From Diplonema japonicum (Eukaryota > Protista > Euglenozoa: Diplonemea): DNA of 64,000 bases. The position numbers and the translations under genes are program-made. The DNA is taken from NCBI GenBank assembly GCA_964019335.1, contig OZ025650.1, positions 248,001 through 312,000 of the forward strand, read 5' to 3'. The notes below the pieces were generated by a model. That model was given only the letters and a program-made list of their open reading frames with translations. It was not told the origin of the DNA and did no database searches. Shown in pieces: positions 1 to 12,572 of the stretch. How positions within the stretch are numbered: the stretch's first letter is position 1; each line of letters opens with the position of its first letter.

Positions 1-656
1 GTGCTATTGCTGTAGACGGAATGATACGGTTGTTCCAAGACTTGCACGACAGGCTGCGGTGTCCCGTGTGACCCATTGCTGTGATTCGAGGTGAATGACC
101 TCTGTGCATCGAAGGACGTGTCGCCGCGTGTAGGCGAGATGGCACGGTGGTTGCGGATGGGAGGGGACGTGACCTTCATACCCGGAAGGCCACCACCAGG
201 AGATGAGAGTGGAATGGCCGCAGGGGGCAGGGGTGTGCTACGTGCCTGCCTTGCTTTGGCCAGAGCCTCTGAAGCCCTGCGAAGTGCGGCGCTCGGAGAT
301 TTAATAGGCTGCTCAACACTGGAGGGCACCGACTTCTGTCGCTGTGTAGGTGCACTGCCATAGAGGCTTCCCGTTGCTGTTGTCTGGGCCGAATGGACAT
401 GTGTGCTGTTCTGTACAGTGCTCGTAGCATGCTGTTGATGCAATGGATGGTTTTGCTGTCGCTGCTCGTCCTGAGGCGGTGTCTGGATGACGTGAGGGTA
501 CCTCCTCATATGTTCTTCATTTCTTTTGGCACGCTGCTGTTGTAGTTGCTCTTGTTGCTGCCTTAGTTTCTCTGCCTGTTCTGAAAGTGTATCTAAGTTC
601 AGCCGTCTGAATACACTATTGGCAATATTCTCCAAGGAGTCTAACTGTGAGGCCAT
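1..656 (-). CDS. Hypothetical Gln/Ser/Pro-rich protein, 5' part (runs off left edge)
   Basis: Manual translation from ATG at 656 (MASQLDSLENIANSVFRRLNLDTLSEQAEKLRQQQEQLQQQ...) stays open to position 1. Absent from the ORF track because there is no stop in the window. Same strand as all neighbours. Confidence 0.7.
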   Translation of the reverse strand, partial: MASQLDSLENIANSVFRRLNLDTLSEQAEKLRQQQEQLQQQRAKRNEEHMRRYPHVIQTPPQDEQRQQNHPLHQQHATSTVQNSTHVHSAQTTATGSLYGSAPTQRQKSVPSSVEQPIKSPSAALRRASEALAKARQARSTPLPPAAIPLSSPGGGLPGMKVTSPPIRNHRAISPTRGDTSFDAQRSFTSNHSNGSHGTPQPVVQVLEQPYHSVYSNS

Positions 657-802
657 GACCCCATAGACCCTCCTGTAAGAGTGCGTGACAAGGTACAGTG
701 GCAATTTAAAAAAATAGTCAACAAGAAGGTGCCATTGAGCACCCTGAGCTAGGTACCGGGCGCGCCGTAAAAAAAAAAAGCAATGATCACTGATCGTCTC
801 TG

Positions 803-3800
803 TTAAGAGGAAGGCCACAGCGGGTGCACTTCGTGCTTGATGTTGGGTTCACACTTTCACACGTCTCGCAGACGATACCGTCCACTTTGTCCTTGATGGC
901 AGCAGCATCGGCGTAGAACTCCCCTGTGGGTCATTGTGAGTGGTTCACAGTAGCATACCTTTGCTGCGCTGGTCCCTGTCGATGACTGAATTCCTCTTGT
1001 TGAAGCGTGGCCTGTGGGAAATTGCGTCGAGACGCACCGTGACGTCTAGCTGGCGAAGAAACCTGTTCAACCCGCTTGACACAGGCTCTGGGCGGGAAGC
1101 ACTGCAAGCCACACCAGGCGTGCCTTCGAACACCACTACCCTATCCGCCATGAAGGATGTCATCATCAAGTCGTGCTCCACTACAACAACGATCTTCTTC
1201 ATGCGCACGGCAATTCTTCTTATGGCCTTCGCAGCCACCATTCTCTGCTCTGCGTCAAGAAACGCACTGGGCTCGTCAATCAGCAGCAGCGTAGCAGGAT
1301 TCCCCAGTGCCAAGGCAAGCGATACTCTCTGCATCTCCCCGCCTGACAGCTTGTCCGCGTCCAATATCATCAGGTCGTCGATCTTCAAGGGCAGCAGCAC
1401 CTCGTCACGCAAGATCGCACTCTTCCTCGCACTCTCAGGAAGCCCATCTTGAAGCACTTCCTTCACTGTTTTACCCGAAGGCATCCTAATAACCTGCGGC
1501 TTAAGGTGGCCGTGTTCTTTCAAAAACACATCGCCGCTGTCGGTATTTAAACTTCCAGACATGATCTCGAGTAAAGTGGTCTTTCCGCACCCGTTCTCGC
1601 CAAGCAAGGCAGTCACTTCGCAGGAGTTCAGTGTGCCATTTGTTACATCAAGCTTGAAGTCACCTCTGCACTTTGTCGATGAGGGGTAGGACCACTTGTC
1701 TTCGCCACCGAAGTCGTTCTCTTCGTGCATCTTGAAGACTAAGGGGTGTGAACGGAATCTCACGTTCTCCTGGTCGATGTACCCTTCAAGGAAGGCGTTG
1801 ATGCCGTCACGGACGTTCATTACTTTCGTCACGATACCGAAGGCACTAGGCTTTCCGTGGATCAGGGCGATGGTGTCCGCTAAGTAGTCACACACAGCAA
1901 GGTCGTGTTCCACGCACACGACGTACTTCATTCCTTGGAGCAAGTCCCTGATTACCTCGCACGCCCGCAGCCTCTGCTTCACATCAAGGTACGACGATGG
2001 CTCGTCGAACAGGTAGATTTCAGCTTCCTTAGCACACGCCGCCGCTATGGACACCCTTTGCAGCTCTCCGCCGCTGTTGTGTTTGCTTGAAAGTCTGCAA
2101 GTAGCACTACATACCTCAGCACCTTCACGGGGCGCTTCAAAAGATGCTGCAAACTGAGTTCTTTTACCAAGGTCTCTATCCTGTCGTCGTCCCCTGTGAA
2201 GGTCTCAAGGAATTGTTGCACTGTCTCTTCCACGTTGTCCTTCAATTTATCGATGTGTTGGACTTTGAATGAGCATCGTTGCTTCCCGGCTTCCAGTTTC
2301 ATGATTAGTGCCTGTAGCTCAGTTCCTTTGTACTTTGTTTTCAACGCTTGCCAAGACGGAACGTCCGTCCCGCTGTTGGGAACCAACTTCCCAGACAGGA
2401 TCTTCAAGGCAGTGCTCTTGCCCGATCCGTTCTCACCGATAATCCCCAGAAGCTTTTCCTGCTTCATCAACGGCAAATGGCACAGCGTGAACCCGTTCTT
2501 TCCGTATCTCATGACCACATGCTCTGTAAGCTCTTTTGGTATATTCACGATGATGATGGCATCGAAGGGGCACCCTTCGACGTGTTTTCCCTTCTGCCCA
2601 CGTTTCTTCATGCACATGTTGCATCCTGTGCACATGTCTTCATCGATCTTGCAAACCCCAGAATAGTTGATGGCCCCTACAGGACACACTTTGAAGCACT
2701 GTTTAGTGTTTAAAGAGACTAAAAAAAGGAATACCTCACGTGAGCATTTGTCGTTTCTGCACCTGTTTTCACGTACAACTGCAACTCTGTTTGTCGCCTT
2801 CGCCCCGACCGGGATATGGGATGGCCGTGCGACTACTTCCTGTTTGCCTCGTGTCCAAGTCTCAGGAAGGGTTTTGAACTCATCTTCGTCGATGCGGTGC
2901 GTGTTGATCTTTGACTCGCAGAGGGTCATCTTCTTTGTCCTCGTGAGCGCTTGTTTCAGCTCGTCCGCCGTGTCGAACTCCACAACAGCTTTTCCTGTTT
3001 TCCGGCCGTCCTTGATGAGCACTTGCACGTTGGAAGCGCCAAGCCTGTCGAACGCTAGACGCAGTGCGTGGTTGTTCACCTTGTCGCTCTTCTTGAGGTT
3101 CTCGACCATCATGATGTACCTCCCTGCCATGTTGTACACACGCATTTGCCTACCCGATGGACGGGGTCCGCTTCCTGCTGGTGGCGTCCAGACAACCGCA
3201 GGCTTCTGTTTCGGTTCACCTTTGGGCTTCCTCGGTCTGAAGGACTTGTCCCCATATTCCATTGGTTCATTCAACGTCATAACCTTTGCCTTCCTTGTCG
3301 TTCTTAGATCCCCGCACCCCTGACATTTCGTCCTGCTTGGGGGGTTCTCAAGTGTGCAGCGCTGGCACTTCCAAAGCTTTGGGGGTGCTGCCTTGCGCTT
3401 GCTATTACATGCCGAGCACTGATGCGTCCCTCCGACATTCTCCAGTGTGCAGTCGGAACAAGTCCATGACTTCTCCAGATGACAGTTGCTGCACTCCTGT
3501 GAGCTTAAATCGTTTTCAGTGTGGCATCTGGAACATTCCCAAGACTCGCATATAACAATCTCTGGCCTCATCCCGCACGAGGGGCAGCTGTCGGGCTTGG
3601 CTGGAAGGCCCACCGTACAGTGCGGGCAGAACCATTCGTCGACACTCTCGTCACGGACGGTATCACAGACAGCACACTTCATGACGGTGTCCATGTTGAT
3701 GTACGTGCAGCTGCTGCATGCCCAGCCATCGATCACAGGTTCCTCGTCTTCGTAGTCGGGTGTGGGCGAGGGTGCTGAAGGGGTATAGCTGGCTCGTGTT

Positions 3801-4513
3801 GATGTGGATTTTGGAGACGCATTTGTTTTCCGTTGTGGGCGACTGTTGTCGCAGGCAAGGCAAGTGTTGATGGAGTTGTCATTCAGTAGTGTGCACACAC
3901 CGCACTCCCAGCTGGTGCTGGGTGGTTCGTCGTTGGGGGGCGACACCCCCGACTCTGCCGCTGGCTTCGCTTCGCAGACTACGCAAGAGGTCAGGCTCAT
4001 ATCGTTGTCCAGGCTGCAGACTTTGCACGTCCAAACTGAGGGTGTGGGCTCGTCCTTATCTTGTGGTGCAGCAGGTGGCTTGGGTTCTCCGCAAACAACA
4101 CAGCTCTTGAAAGAGCATATATTATCAATGGTGCACTGAGGGCAGGTCCAGACAGCATTGCAAACCGTACTGCCGCATCCCGTGCAGCCCAAGAACTCGG
4201 TTGGCATCTCATCTTCAGACGGCTCCTTCTCCTCACAGGCGTCATCATCTTTATCGTTGTTGCTTTCTTTGTAGGTGCTGCTGTTGTTAGTATCCCAGCG
4301 CATCCAGCACGGACCGCAGTACCCGTCCACGATCTGTCGTTGATGAAAGCACTCCCCACATTCATGCACCCCCGTGAACCGCCCCTTATAAGTTTTGTAG
4401 AACTGTAAGCACACCACGCATAAGGTCACCTCGTCACGCTTGTAAATAGCAAGTATCTCCTCGCTCCCCGGGCGCTCTACCTTCGCCTCGCATATCCAGC
4501 AATATCGCACCAT
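803..4513 (-). CDS. ABCE1: Divergent ABCE1/RLI-family ATPase with N-terminal array of 8 RanBP2/NZF zinc fingers and an RRM; introns 924-958, 2074-2114, 2699-2734
   Basis: Splicing restores the FeS motif RCRNDKCSRE|CFKVCP...CTGCNMC...CPF and the signature L S|GGELQR. NBD1 GENGSGKS/YLFDE/VEH; NBD2 GENGCGKT/LSGGE/LLIDE/VEH; C-terminal HRPRFNK. Eight W-x-C-x2-C...C-x2-C fingers; RRM-like TGKAVVEF. Start taken as first in-frame ATG (MVRYCWIC). Confidence 0.9.
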
Positions 4514-4871
4514 GTCTCGGTGGCCCCCACCCCTCTCTTGACTCCTTTTCTTATTTTTTCTTTTGTTCTGCACCGAACAGCATGCACAAAATGAATGAAC
4601 GAACTGACCGATAATAAAGGGGTAAAAAAATCAATTGAAAATTCTTTCTGATCGAAGGGGCGTTGGAGGGAAAAAAAAGGGGGGGGTGGGAAGCGATATT
4701 TAAAGAGCAAGCCCAACTTCGGGAAAAAGGAGGGAAAAAAAAAGAAAAAAAAAGAAAAAGAAACACTGTTTCTTTCTCTCTCTCTCCAACCAAGCTGATT
4801 CTGATAACGTGGAAAGACCATGGGACGGCAAAAAAAGAGGGATCAAAGGGAATACATTTTTTTTAAAAGTG

Positions 4872-5968
4872 TCATTTCGTGAAATCAAGAAGAGTAAGCA
4901 TGTACGGTTCTCCAAAGTCGTAGTTAGTCTTATGCCTGAGCTTCATACCGGGAATAGAAGCAGGAAGGGGGTTAGACGGTTGGGAGAACTCGGTGGAAAC
5001 AGGGCTGGCAGGAATGGAGTGGTGGTCGGCAAATAGAGTGATAACGCATTTTTCAGGCTGGAAAACGTGGAGAACCCTCTGCACAAGCTCAGTGTAGTTT
5101 TTTCTGTGTAAAAAAAAAATTTTTTTTTTGGGTTTTCTTCAAAAACATACAATGGTAAATTGGTTTCGAAACTGACGTAGCTGCAGTGGTGCTCTGGGGT
5201 AATGTGTATCGTCCAGTAGTGATCACTGGTTCCTGTCAGTCCGTTCATGGAGTACCCGCATGGTTCGAAGATCTTCGCGTCTATAACGGAGCCAGGGATG
5301 ATGGTGTCGATTTCGCTGTCGGCGGTAACGCTTTCTGCGGTTTTCGTCCCGTCCTCGTTGAAGAAGTAGGCCATTCTCTCCTTGCTGAGCCCTGACATGA
5401 TAATCTCAAAGGTCTGGTCGGGGGGATTTTCCAACGCGTCCTCTGGCCGGGTGTAATCGGCGATGAAGAAGTTCCAATGTTCTTTGTTCAGCGGCCCAAG
5501 GACGTACCCCGAACCATTTTCGAAATACGTTTCAAGAAACGCGATTTCTTCATGGAAAGAACCGTGAGGCTTCGGTTGCCTCTCCGGCCACAGGAAATTT
5601 TTTCGGCTATACGACATGTACTCTGTCTCCAACCCTAGACACTCTGACAGCTCCGCATTCCATTCATTTTTTTCCTTCCCAACCAAGTCAAGAAGAGGCG
5701 GTATCATCTCCAACAAGGTTGTAATCCCACATGTCTTAATAACTAACCTCCGTCTGTACACGAACAGAGATGACTCTGACAGCACGTACATCTTGCACCC
5801 CTCCGACTGCTTTTTTCCAATTATCGTGCAGTGCGCCTTGTCCAACAACTTCTGCCACGTCTCATCGCTGATCATAAAAAGCCCCTCATCCACACCTACC
5901 TTGCGTCGGAAGTCGATTTCAAACTTCTTCTCAGGCCCTTCGAATCCCGGTCCGTCTATATCCGCCAT
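4872..5968 (-). CDS. AMD1: S-adenosylmethionine decarboxylase proenzyme; intron 5104-5150
   Basis: GFEGPEKK, YVLSESSLFV (autocleavage site), IKTCG, FEPCGYSMNG, TIHITPE, SYVSFETN. A 47-nt GT-AG intron restores ...NLPLKNYTELVQRVLHVFQP. Confidence 0.95.
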
Positions 5969-6204
5969 TTTATTTTGATGTTTCTTTAAAGCGTGTCTCC
6001 TTCCACCTTTTATTGTTTTTGATGTTTCTTTTTTTTTTTTTTTTTGTTGTTGTTTTTGTTTTCAAATCCCACAAAAAGAGGAAAAAAGAAACGGATAGCG
6101 AAAGCTGCTCCAAAAAGAAAAAAAAGGGGGGGGGGAACGTGACTTTATAAGATTCAGCAGCTTTCTTGGACATAAAACTCAAAAAGAGGATTCCCTACGT
6201 TTCT

Positions 6205-8646
6205 TCAATCCTCAACAAGTTTTGTATGCCTATAAATGTACCCCTGCTTCATCCTGGCAAGGAATGAACCCAAATCAGTGCTCATAGTGGGATCTAGGGG
6301 GGCACCTTCAGGGATGGAGAGACCCAAGGTGACCATACGCTCGATCTCTTTTTGAGGTTTTTGCACATCGATGGACTGAATGGCCTCAATGGCGTTGCCA
6401 ATGGTGATGGTTTCGGGGCCGTCGTCATGCTGGTCTGCTTTGAGGAAGATAGCATTGCTAGACTCCTGGTAGTAAGAGAGGCTCTCTTTAACCATTTGGT
6501 TGCGAACCATTTCAAGGAAGGCTCCTTGGTTGCCTTCCCGGTCCTCTGCGAATAAAGCCATTATGGCAACGTCTTCCCCTGGTACCTGTTTAGATAGGGC
6601 GTACTTCAATCGCACCATAGCTTTCTCGCTCTTTGACGGGAAGAACTTGTCGAGCATGGGCAGGATCTTGTTCTTCTTGACCTTCCCTACCCGTTTTCCC
6701 GTCGGTCCTGGGAGTTCCAAATCCTCTAACTTCCTCTGCAGCCTGTCCAACATCTTCATCTGCTCATAATACACAACCTCAGGTAAATGCCCCTCCAATA
6801 TAAGAAGGAACAATTCACAATCACCATCGTACGCATATTTCTTACAAGCGTACTTCACATTGTATCCTTTGTCCACAATACGCGCCTACAAAAGGGGGAT
6901 AAGGAGAGAGGGGGGAGGTAGATATACCTGCATCCCATGTTTGGCTTTTAAGTATGTGCACATGTATTCCTCCATTGATTCCTGTTGAGGGGGTGGTTTC
7001 TTTTTGTTTTTCGCCTCTTCCTCGAGCTTTGCCATCCGTTCCAGGTCTTTCTTCCTTGCTGCCCAGAAGTCCTGAATGAAATGTTCTACTTCTCTTTTAG
7101 GGAGATCGCGGTTTTTGACTTGGCCGAACCAGCTGGGAATGTTTTTTTTTTTTTTTTTTTAAACGTACCGCAAGTACTTCGGCACGTCCTTCCCTGTTCC
7201 CATTCCAACGAAGTATTCCACGTCAGCGGGTTTATCTTCGTCGGGGGCGTCGTTCTCGCCGAGGAATTTCATTTTTTCTTTCATGCCTGCGATTTCTTTC
7301 TCAAGAGTTGCAACCGCTTCTTTTTCCGTGGTGATCATCGCCACCAAGTTACGCCCGATAGTCCCACTGGACAGCCCGTCCTCTATAGGCATGTTAGCTC
7401 CTTGAACAATGGTCTCCCAGTCAGGTCGTGGGGTGTCCCTGCCTTTGCCGTCGCGAAGGCGGCGGCAGTCATCTTCAAGATGCTCTATCATTTGCGTCTG
7501 CTTCTTGCTCTGCTTCTCGAGGTACTCGATCTTTTTCCGATGAGATGCGGAAGACAGTTTCATCTGCATCACCTTTTCGGATTTCTCTTTGTGCACACGT
7601 TGCAATGCCTCATATTGCTTCAGAGGTACTGAGTCGGAGAAGTCTTCCTTGATTTGCTGCAGTTCGTCAGCTGTCTTTTGATATAATTTCATGAGATCCT
7701 GGACACCCATTGTGTCCCGCTTCAGCTTTTCAAACTGAATCATAGTTTCCTGATGTTGCTCTTCCGCGTCTCTGATCTGGTTGACCATTGTGAGGACCTT
7801 GTCGTGTTCTTCGTTCACTCTGTCGGAGTACATTTTTTCGATCAATTTCAAATCGTAGAATTTGGTTTTCGCCTCCAGAATTTCAGCGTCCTTATCAGCG
7901 ATGACACTGCGAAGCTCCTCCAAAGTGTGAATACCTTCGTTCAGGTCTTTCTTATGCTGTTCTTCCATGATGCTGATCCGTTCGTCGCAGGCCTGCTGCA
8001 TGACCTCCTCGTTGTGCTTCATCTCCGCCGTGCTGCGATGCAGTTTCTCGAACAAGTCCACCACCATTTCAATCCTTCTATACACAGCCTCTAGCACCGG
8101 ACCGTATATTTTTGAAGAGTAGATAAATTGACGGAACGCTGCAAGGAAGACCCTTGCCACTGTGGTGTTGACCTCCTCGGGTTCTTCTTGCCATATCCCT
8201 TCCTGCACTTGTACGGGTTCAGTGGAGTTCTCTTTTCCGCAGTGGAGAAGCGACAGTTCCGTGTCAAGAAAAGCCTCAATTTCCTTTAACAAATGTGGTT
8301 GGCTGCTAGCAAGCCTTGCTGTTTGTGAGAACCCGCTAGCAGGCCAAGTGTCATACGACCTATTGAAATCTCGATGTCTCCACCGTGGTGACGGGGTTAC
8401 CAGTTCCTTGTGTTTTTTCCTAGGTGGGGGGTACGGTATGGGCGGCGGGGGTGCAGGAGCAGGCGGAGGGGGTGACTTTACCAATTGCTGTTGCTGTTGA
8501 TGTTCCTTCCCTTCCCCCACCAACCCCGGCAACTCATTCTCGTGCTTCAGGACTGTAAATTTTTTCGGGTACACTATTTGCTTCAGCTCCCTCTGCGGCA
8601 AGTTCGCTCGACATGCGCTTCCGCTGCCTTCACCCCATTGCTCCAT
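6205..8646 (-). CDS. TSNAXIP1-like coiled-coil protein; introns 6886-6927, 7133-7168
   Basis: Long coiled coil, DTPRPDW, YFVGMGTGKDVPKYLR|WFGQVKNR, LFAEDREGNQGAFLE. Two GT-AG introns join the ORFs in frame. Confidence 0.7.
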
Positions 8647-9292
8647 ACCCCATGCCTTTTTGTTCTATTTTCTTGAAACAAACAGAAAGAGCACCGGTTG
8701 TGCTGAGTACTTCAAGCCACCAAAGGCCTCGGAGGATGGTGTGAGGATGCTAACAGATTACAGAGGTTAAAATCAAAATAAAATAAACCGAGGGGGTCGT
8801 GTTGGGGAAGAGGGATACTAATAGTGAAATATAAAAAAAGAAGAAAAAGAAAAAAGGAAACAGCGCAGCATGTTGTGAGATGGGTGGGTGGGGGCAGTTT
8901 CTTCTTTCTTCTTCATCTTCTTCTTAATGGTATTTATTTTTCTTGGGAGGGGAGGAGGGGGGATGTTACAAAACTTTCATATGGGAACTTACATAGGTAA
9001 GGGTGGGTGGGGGATGTTTTTCTTTCTCTTCTTTTTTTCTTCTCTTCTTTCTTTCTCTTCTCTTTCAGTTTCGTCTTCTTTACTAAAGGGAGCTTTTTAG
9101 AAGGGGGTAAACAAAACTATTCTGGCGTTTGTTTTGTGCGCACTAGGTTTTTATAGCCGCGACACGGTGTGGTAATACCGGGGAAAAAGGTGTATACAAT
9201 CAACAAACTGCGCCGCCGAATCGAATAGTCGCTGCTCACAAAGAAAGAAAGAAAAACCAAAATAAAAGACACAGAACCTATCATTTCTTCCT

Positions 9293-9391
9293 TCAAAGTG
9301 TCACAAGGTTGGACTGTTGGGGCGCCTGGCGCAATTTCTCCGTACCCGCTGGGTTGCTCTGGAGTTGCCCCATTTGGCATTTTGAAATCCT

Positions 9392-9425
<34 letters not shown>

Positions 9426-11651
9426 CTTTCTCCCTTCCCTCCATTCACATACTTTGCACACAGCCGGAGAGAAGCCATCCCAGTGGCCTCACCGGTCTGG
9501 ACAGGGAGCGAGAGAATGACGCCAAAAATGCCGCCCTCTGTTTTTTTTTTAAAATCTTTTTTTATATCCCTTTGTTACACACCAAAACAAGGTGACAGAA
9601 TGGCGTTCAGCTTCGATTTCGGAAGAGAGGTGCGTGGTGTGTCAGCAGCCAGGGAGTGCGCTGGGCTCTTGCTTCGCGTCGATCGTTTCGATTCATGGGA
9701 AGTGGAATGGTGTCTTTTTGGAGGCGTCTCTGCAAAGGTGACCCTGTGGGGAGAGACACCCGGGGACGGCGATGCCTGCCTTCCTAAAGGCATTAAGTTC
9801 TTTGGCAGGAACGGCAAAGTGTAATCCGACGCAAACTCAACCAGCACCCTGTCTGCGACATCACCCACCCCCTTGCCCATCACCACGCCGTGGGTTCCGT
9901 TTAGATGGATGAAATCCGCAGCATGCAAACCAGTTATTTCCACATCCTGGCCTATCGTGAACTCCGGCTGTCGGACGTTCCTCACTGGACTCGCACTGGG
10001 GCATCTCCTCTCATCCTCCGCTGAGATCTTATTGCTCCCCTGAAGCTTGTCGAGCATCAGGTTCAGATGCCCCAATGACTTCTTCACGTACTCCCGTTCT
10101 CTCGTCCTCTCTTCCATCGATGCCTGCACCGCAATGGCATTGTCCGTGTCGGTCCCTGCAGGCAGCTCCACGGGCAGCTCCGAGTCCGTCGCGAGGTCCA
10201 CCACCACCAACGAGCCTTTCGACACAAATGTGTTCCTGTGCTTCGAGCCAAAGATGTTAAACACGAACACCACATGCCCCCTGAGCTCCCCTTCTGGCGA
10301 CACGCAGCGGTTCCCAATAGCCACTTCCAGCAGTTTCAGCATTGTAGACGTGTCCTTCACAGACGGCATGGCACAGTCGGTGCACACAACGTGGCCTTTC
10401 TCCTTCTTTATCGAGTGCTTGATGGCGATTGAGCCCCCCATTTTCTGGTTCCTGATGTAGTCCCTGTCGGTGTTGAGCAGGTCACGTGTCGTGTCGGAAC
10501 GCAGCTCTATACACGAGAACTGCACCTTCCACTCCCATGCGTCGAGGGATGATGACCGCTCGGCTGCTGCGAAGACTTCCTTCGCCACGGCCTGTATGGT
10601 GGGGGAGGTTCTACTGGCTGCAACAAGTGAATCGCTGCCGACGCACAGCAGCCCAGTGTAGATGCCGCTGAAGGCGGCAGCCACGACGTCACCAACGCTG
10701 GACGCGATGTCAGAGGAAGAGGACCAAGGGGGAAGGACATTGTCAAAGCGGTATGCCTGCGACTTGCTGGGAAGGCGTATCTCAATTCGCTGCGAGGGCA
10801 TGTCAGGACTGACGTCAATGATGGAACAGCCCATGTGATGGGGAGCGCGGTCACGGCTGTCGCACTCAGGACGCAGCGAGCAGATGATGAACGGTGACCG
10901 CCGCAGCCAGATAAGCTCGGACTGAAGCCTCTTAAGCTCGTTTGCAGATGCCGTGCAGGACTCCATGGCCTGCTCCCGCCCCCTGTTCGACGCGTCTAGG
11001 ATTTTTATCTCGTCGTCGCGCAGCCCCCGCAGGGCCTCGATGCGGTCCCCACCCCTGTCGAGCCCTTCCGCCGCAAGGTAGTCGTCGATCTTCTCCAGTT
11101 CCTTTTTCAGTTCCGACACCTCTCTGTTATGCCTGCCTGCCGTCTCTTTTATACTTCGAGATGTTCCGAGCTTGTTCTTCAGCAGCTCCTTTAAATCAGA
11201 CTCTACTTTCTCTCGCATGTTCTTTTCGCTCAGCCACTCTTTTCGGATTATCCGGATCTCCTCCTCTTGGTTCCGAAGGCGGTTTTGGAGATCGGGGCTC
11301 TGCGTGGGAAAAGCATTTAAATCAAATGCCCAACACATGCATACCTCTTCAGAGAGCTTTTTACTCTTTACTTGTTTTAATTCCTTTTCAGTATCTTCCA
11401 GCCTGCAGTGAGTATATTTCTGACGAAGGGAGGGGAGGGGGGCTTTACCTTTTTTTCAATGTTTCGTAGTCGGCTTGTAGCTCTTCGTATTTGTCATCTA
11501 TCGTTTGCTCGTTATCCCTTCCATTGGGTTCCTTCCCAGTGGTTTTATGGTACAATGCATTATTCATGGTGTCCCCCTTCTGCAACTCTCGCTCGATGTT
11601 GTTCACCTTCTCCATCACTGTGCCACCCTCAAAGGGGGCCGCATCGGCCAT
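9293..11651 (-). CDS. Kinesin-like protein (N-terminal coiled coil, degenerate C-terminal motor); introns 9390-9452, 9538-9582, 11300-11344, 11403-11448
   Basis: YRFDNVL, FSCIEL..DTTRDLL, LVVVDLA, YVKKSLGHL, SKLNAILSPCF|EGG, SLRLCAK|ISKC. P-loop and switch motifs are degenerate. Confidence 0.75.
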
Positions 11652-11942
11652 TTTCTTTTTAAACACACTCCTCTTAGTTTAAAGTTTAACCCGTGGAAGA
11701 AACAGAACAACGGAAGGGTGGAATAGAACAAACAGTACAGAGAAAGGGGGGGGGGGGAGGAAAATACCAACCTTAATAAAGTTGGCTGGCTTTTCGTCAA
11801 CCGGCACATCAAAAAGAAAAAATATAGCAAATTCTTTTCATTCAAATAAATTTGCGAAAAAAAGATACAATGGGAGGGGAGGGGAGGGTAAAAGCCTCGC
11901 CGTTATATATACTTTGGCTGTTGTCAAACGGTGTTACAGTTA

Positions 11943-12341
11943 TCAGTAAAGATAGTAAGGTGTGGACGGCCCGGCGTTGTCAGAGTAGAAATGTGTGTAA
12001 AATTTGTCAGCGTTCGACGCTTTGATGACCGCTTCATGAGCCTTTGCTGTTGCTCTTTGCTTGCGGATTTCAGGTGTGATGCTCAATGGAGGCGAAGGGG
12101 ACTTCGTAGCTGCTTGGATAGCTGCAGATGCTGCCGTTGTTGCCGCGTGAGTCTTTATTTTGTAAGCATTGGCACGCGACGCTGCCACTCCTGCAGCAAC
12201 AATAGCCACATCTTCCTTAGCCACCGCGGCTGCAAGACTCAAAGAAGTGCTGCCCTCGTAGTGCACATCACAAGCGACCTTCCTAGGCGACAGCGGGACC
12301 ACCACCCTGCTTTCAAAGTCCGATTCATAAATAACCGGCAT
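11943..12341 (-). CDS. Hypothetical Ala-rich protein (132 aa)
   Basis: ATG-initiated ORF with coding-like composition between homopolymer-rich spacers, on the cluster strand. Confidence 0.6.
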   Translation of the reverse strand: MPVIYESDFESRVVVPLSPRKVACDVHYEGSTSLSLAAAVAKEDVAIVAAGVAASRANAYKIKTHAATTAASAAIQAATKSPSPPLSITPEIRKQRATAKAHEAVIKASNADKFYTHFYSDNAGPSTPYYLY

Positions 12342-12572
12342 TTTTTCCCCCTTTCTACTCCTTTACAAATTGCATCCTCCAGAACCAGTTTTCAATTGCA
12401 AAAAACTATAGAAAGGGGGGAGGAAAATAAAAAGAAGAACAAACAAATGAGAAGTGTAAACTCCTCCCTTTTTTACATAAGACTAGATCCAACGGATAGA
12501 TGAGAACTGAGGAGACTGCATAAGAAAAAGAGGAGGGGTGCCGAGAGGAGGGGCGTGCCGAGAAACACTTCT

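Noticed and set aside
5970-6173. uORF ending 1 nt before the AdoMetDC ATG (AdoMetDC genes often have regulatory uORFs)
   Set aside because: Mostly homopolymer-derived, and its ATG lies upstream of the pyrimidine tract, so trans-splicing probably removes it. Revisit if SL maps upstream of 6173.
9117-9461. ORF MPNGATPEQ..., including a possible Cys-TGA selenoprotein reading
   Set aside because: It overlaps the last kinesin exon in another frame, which restores SLRLCAKISKC; no SECIS seen.
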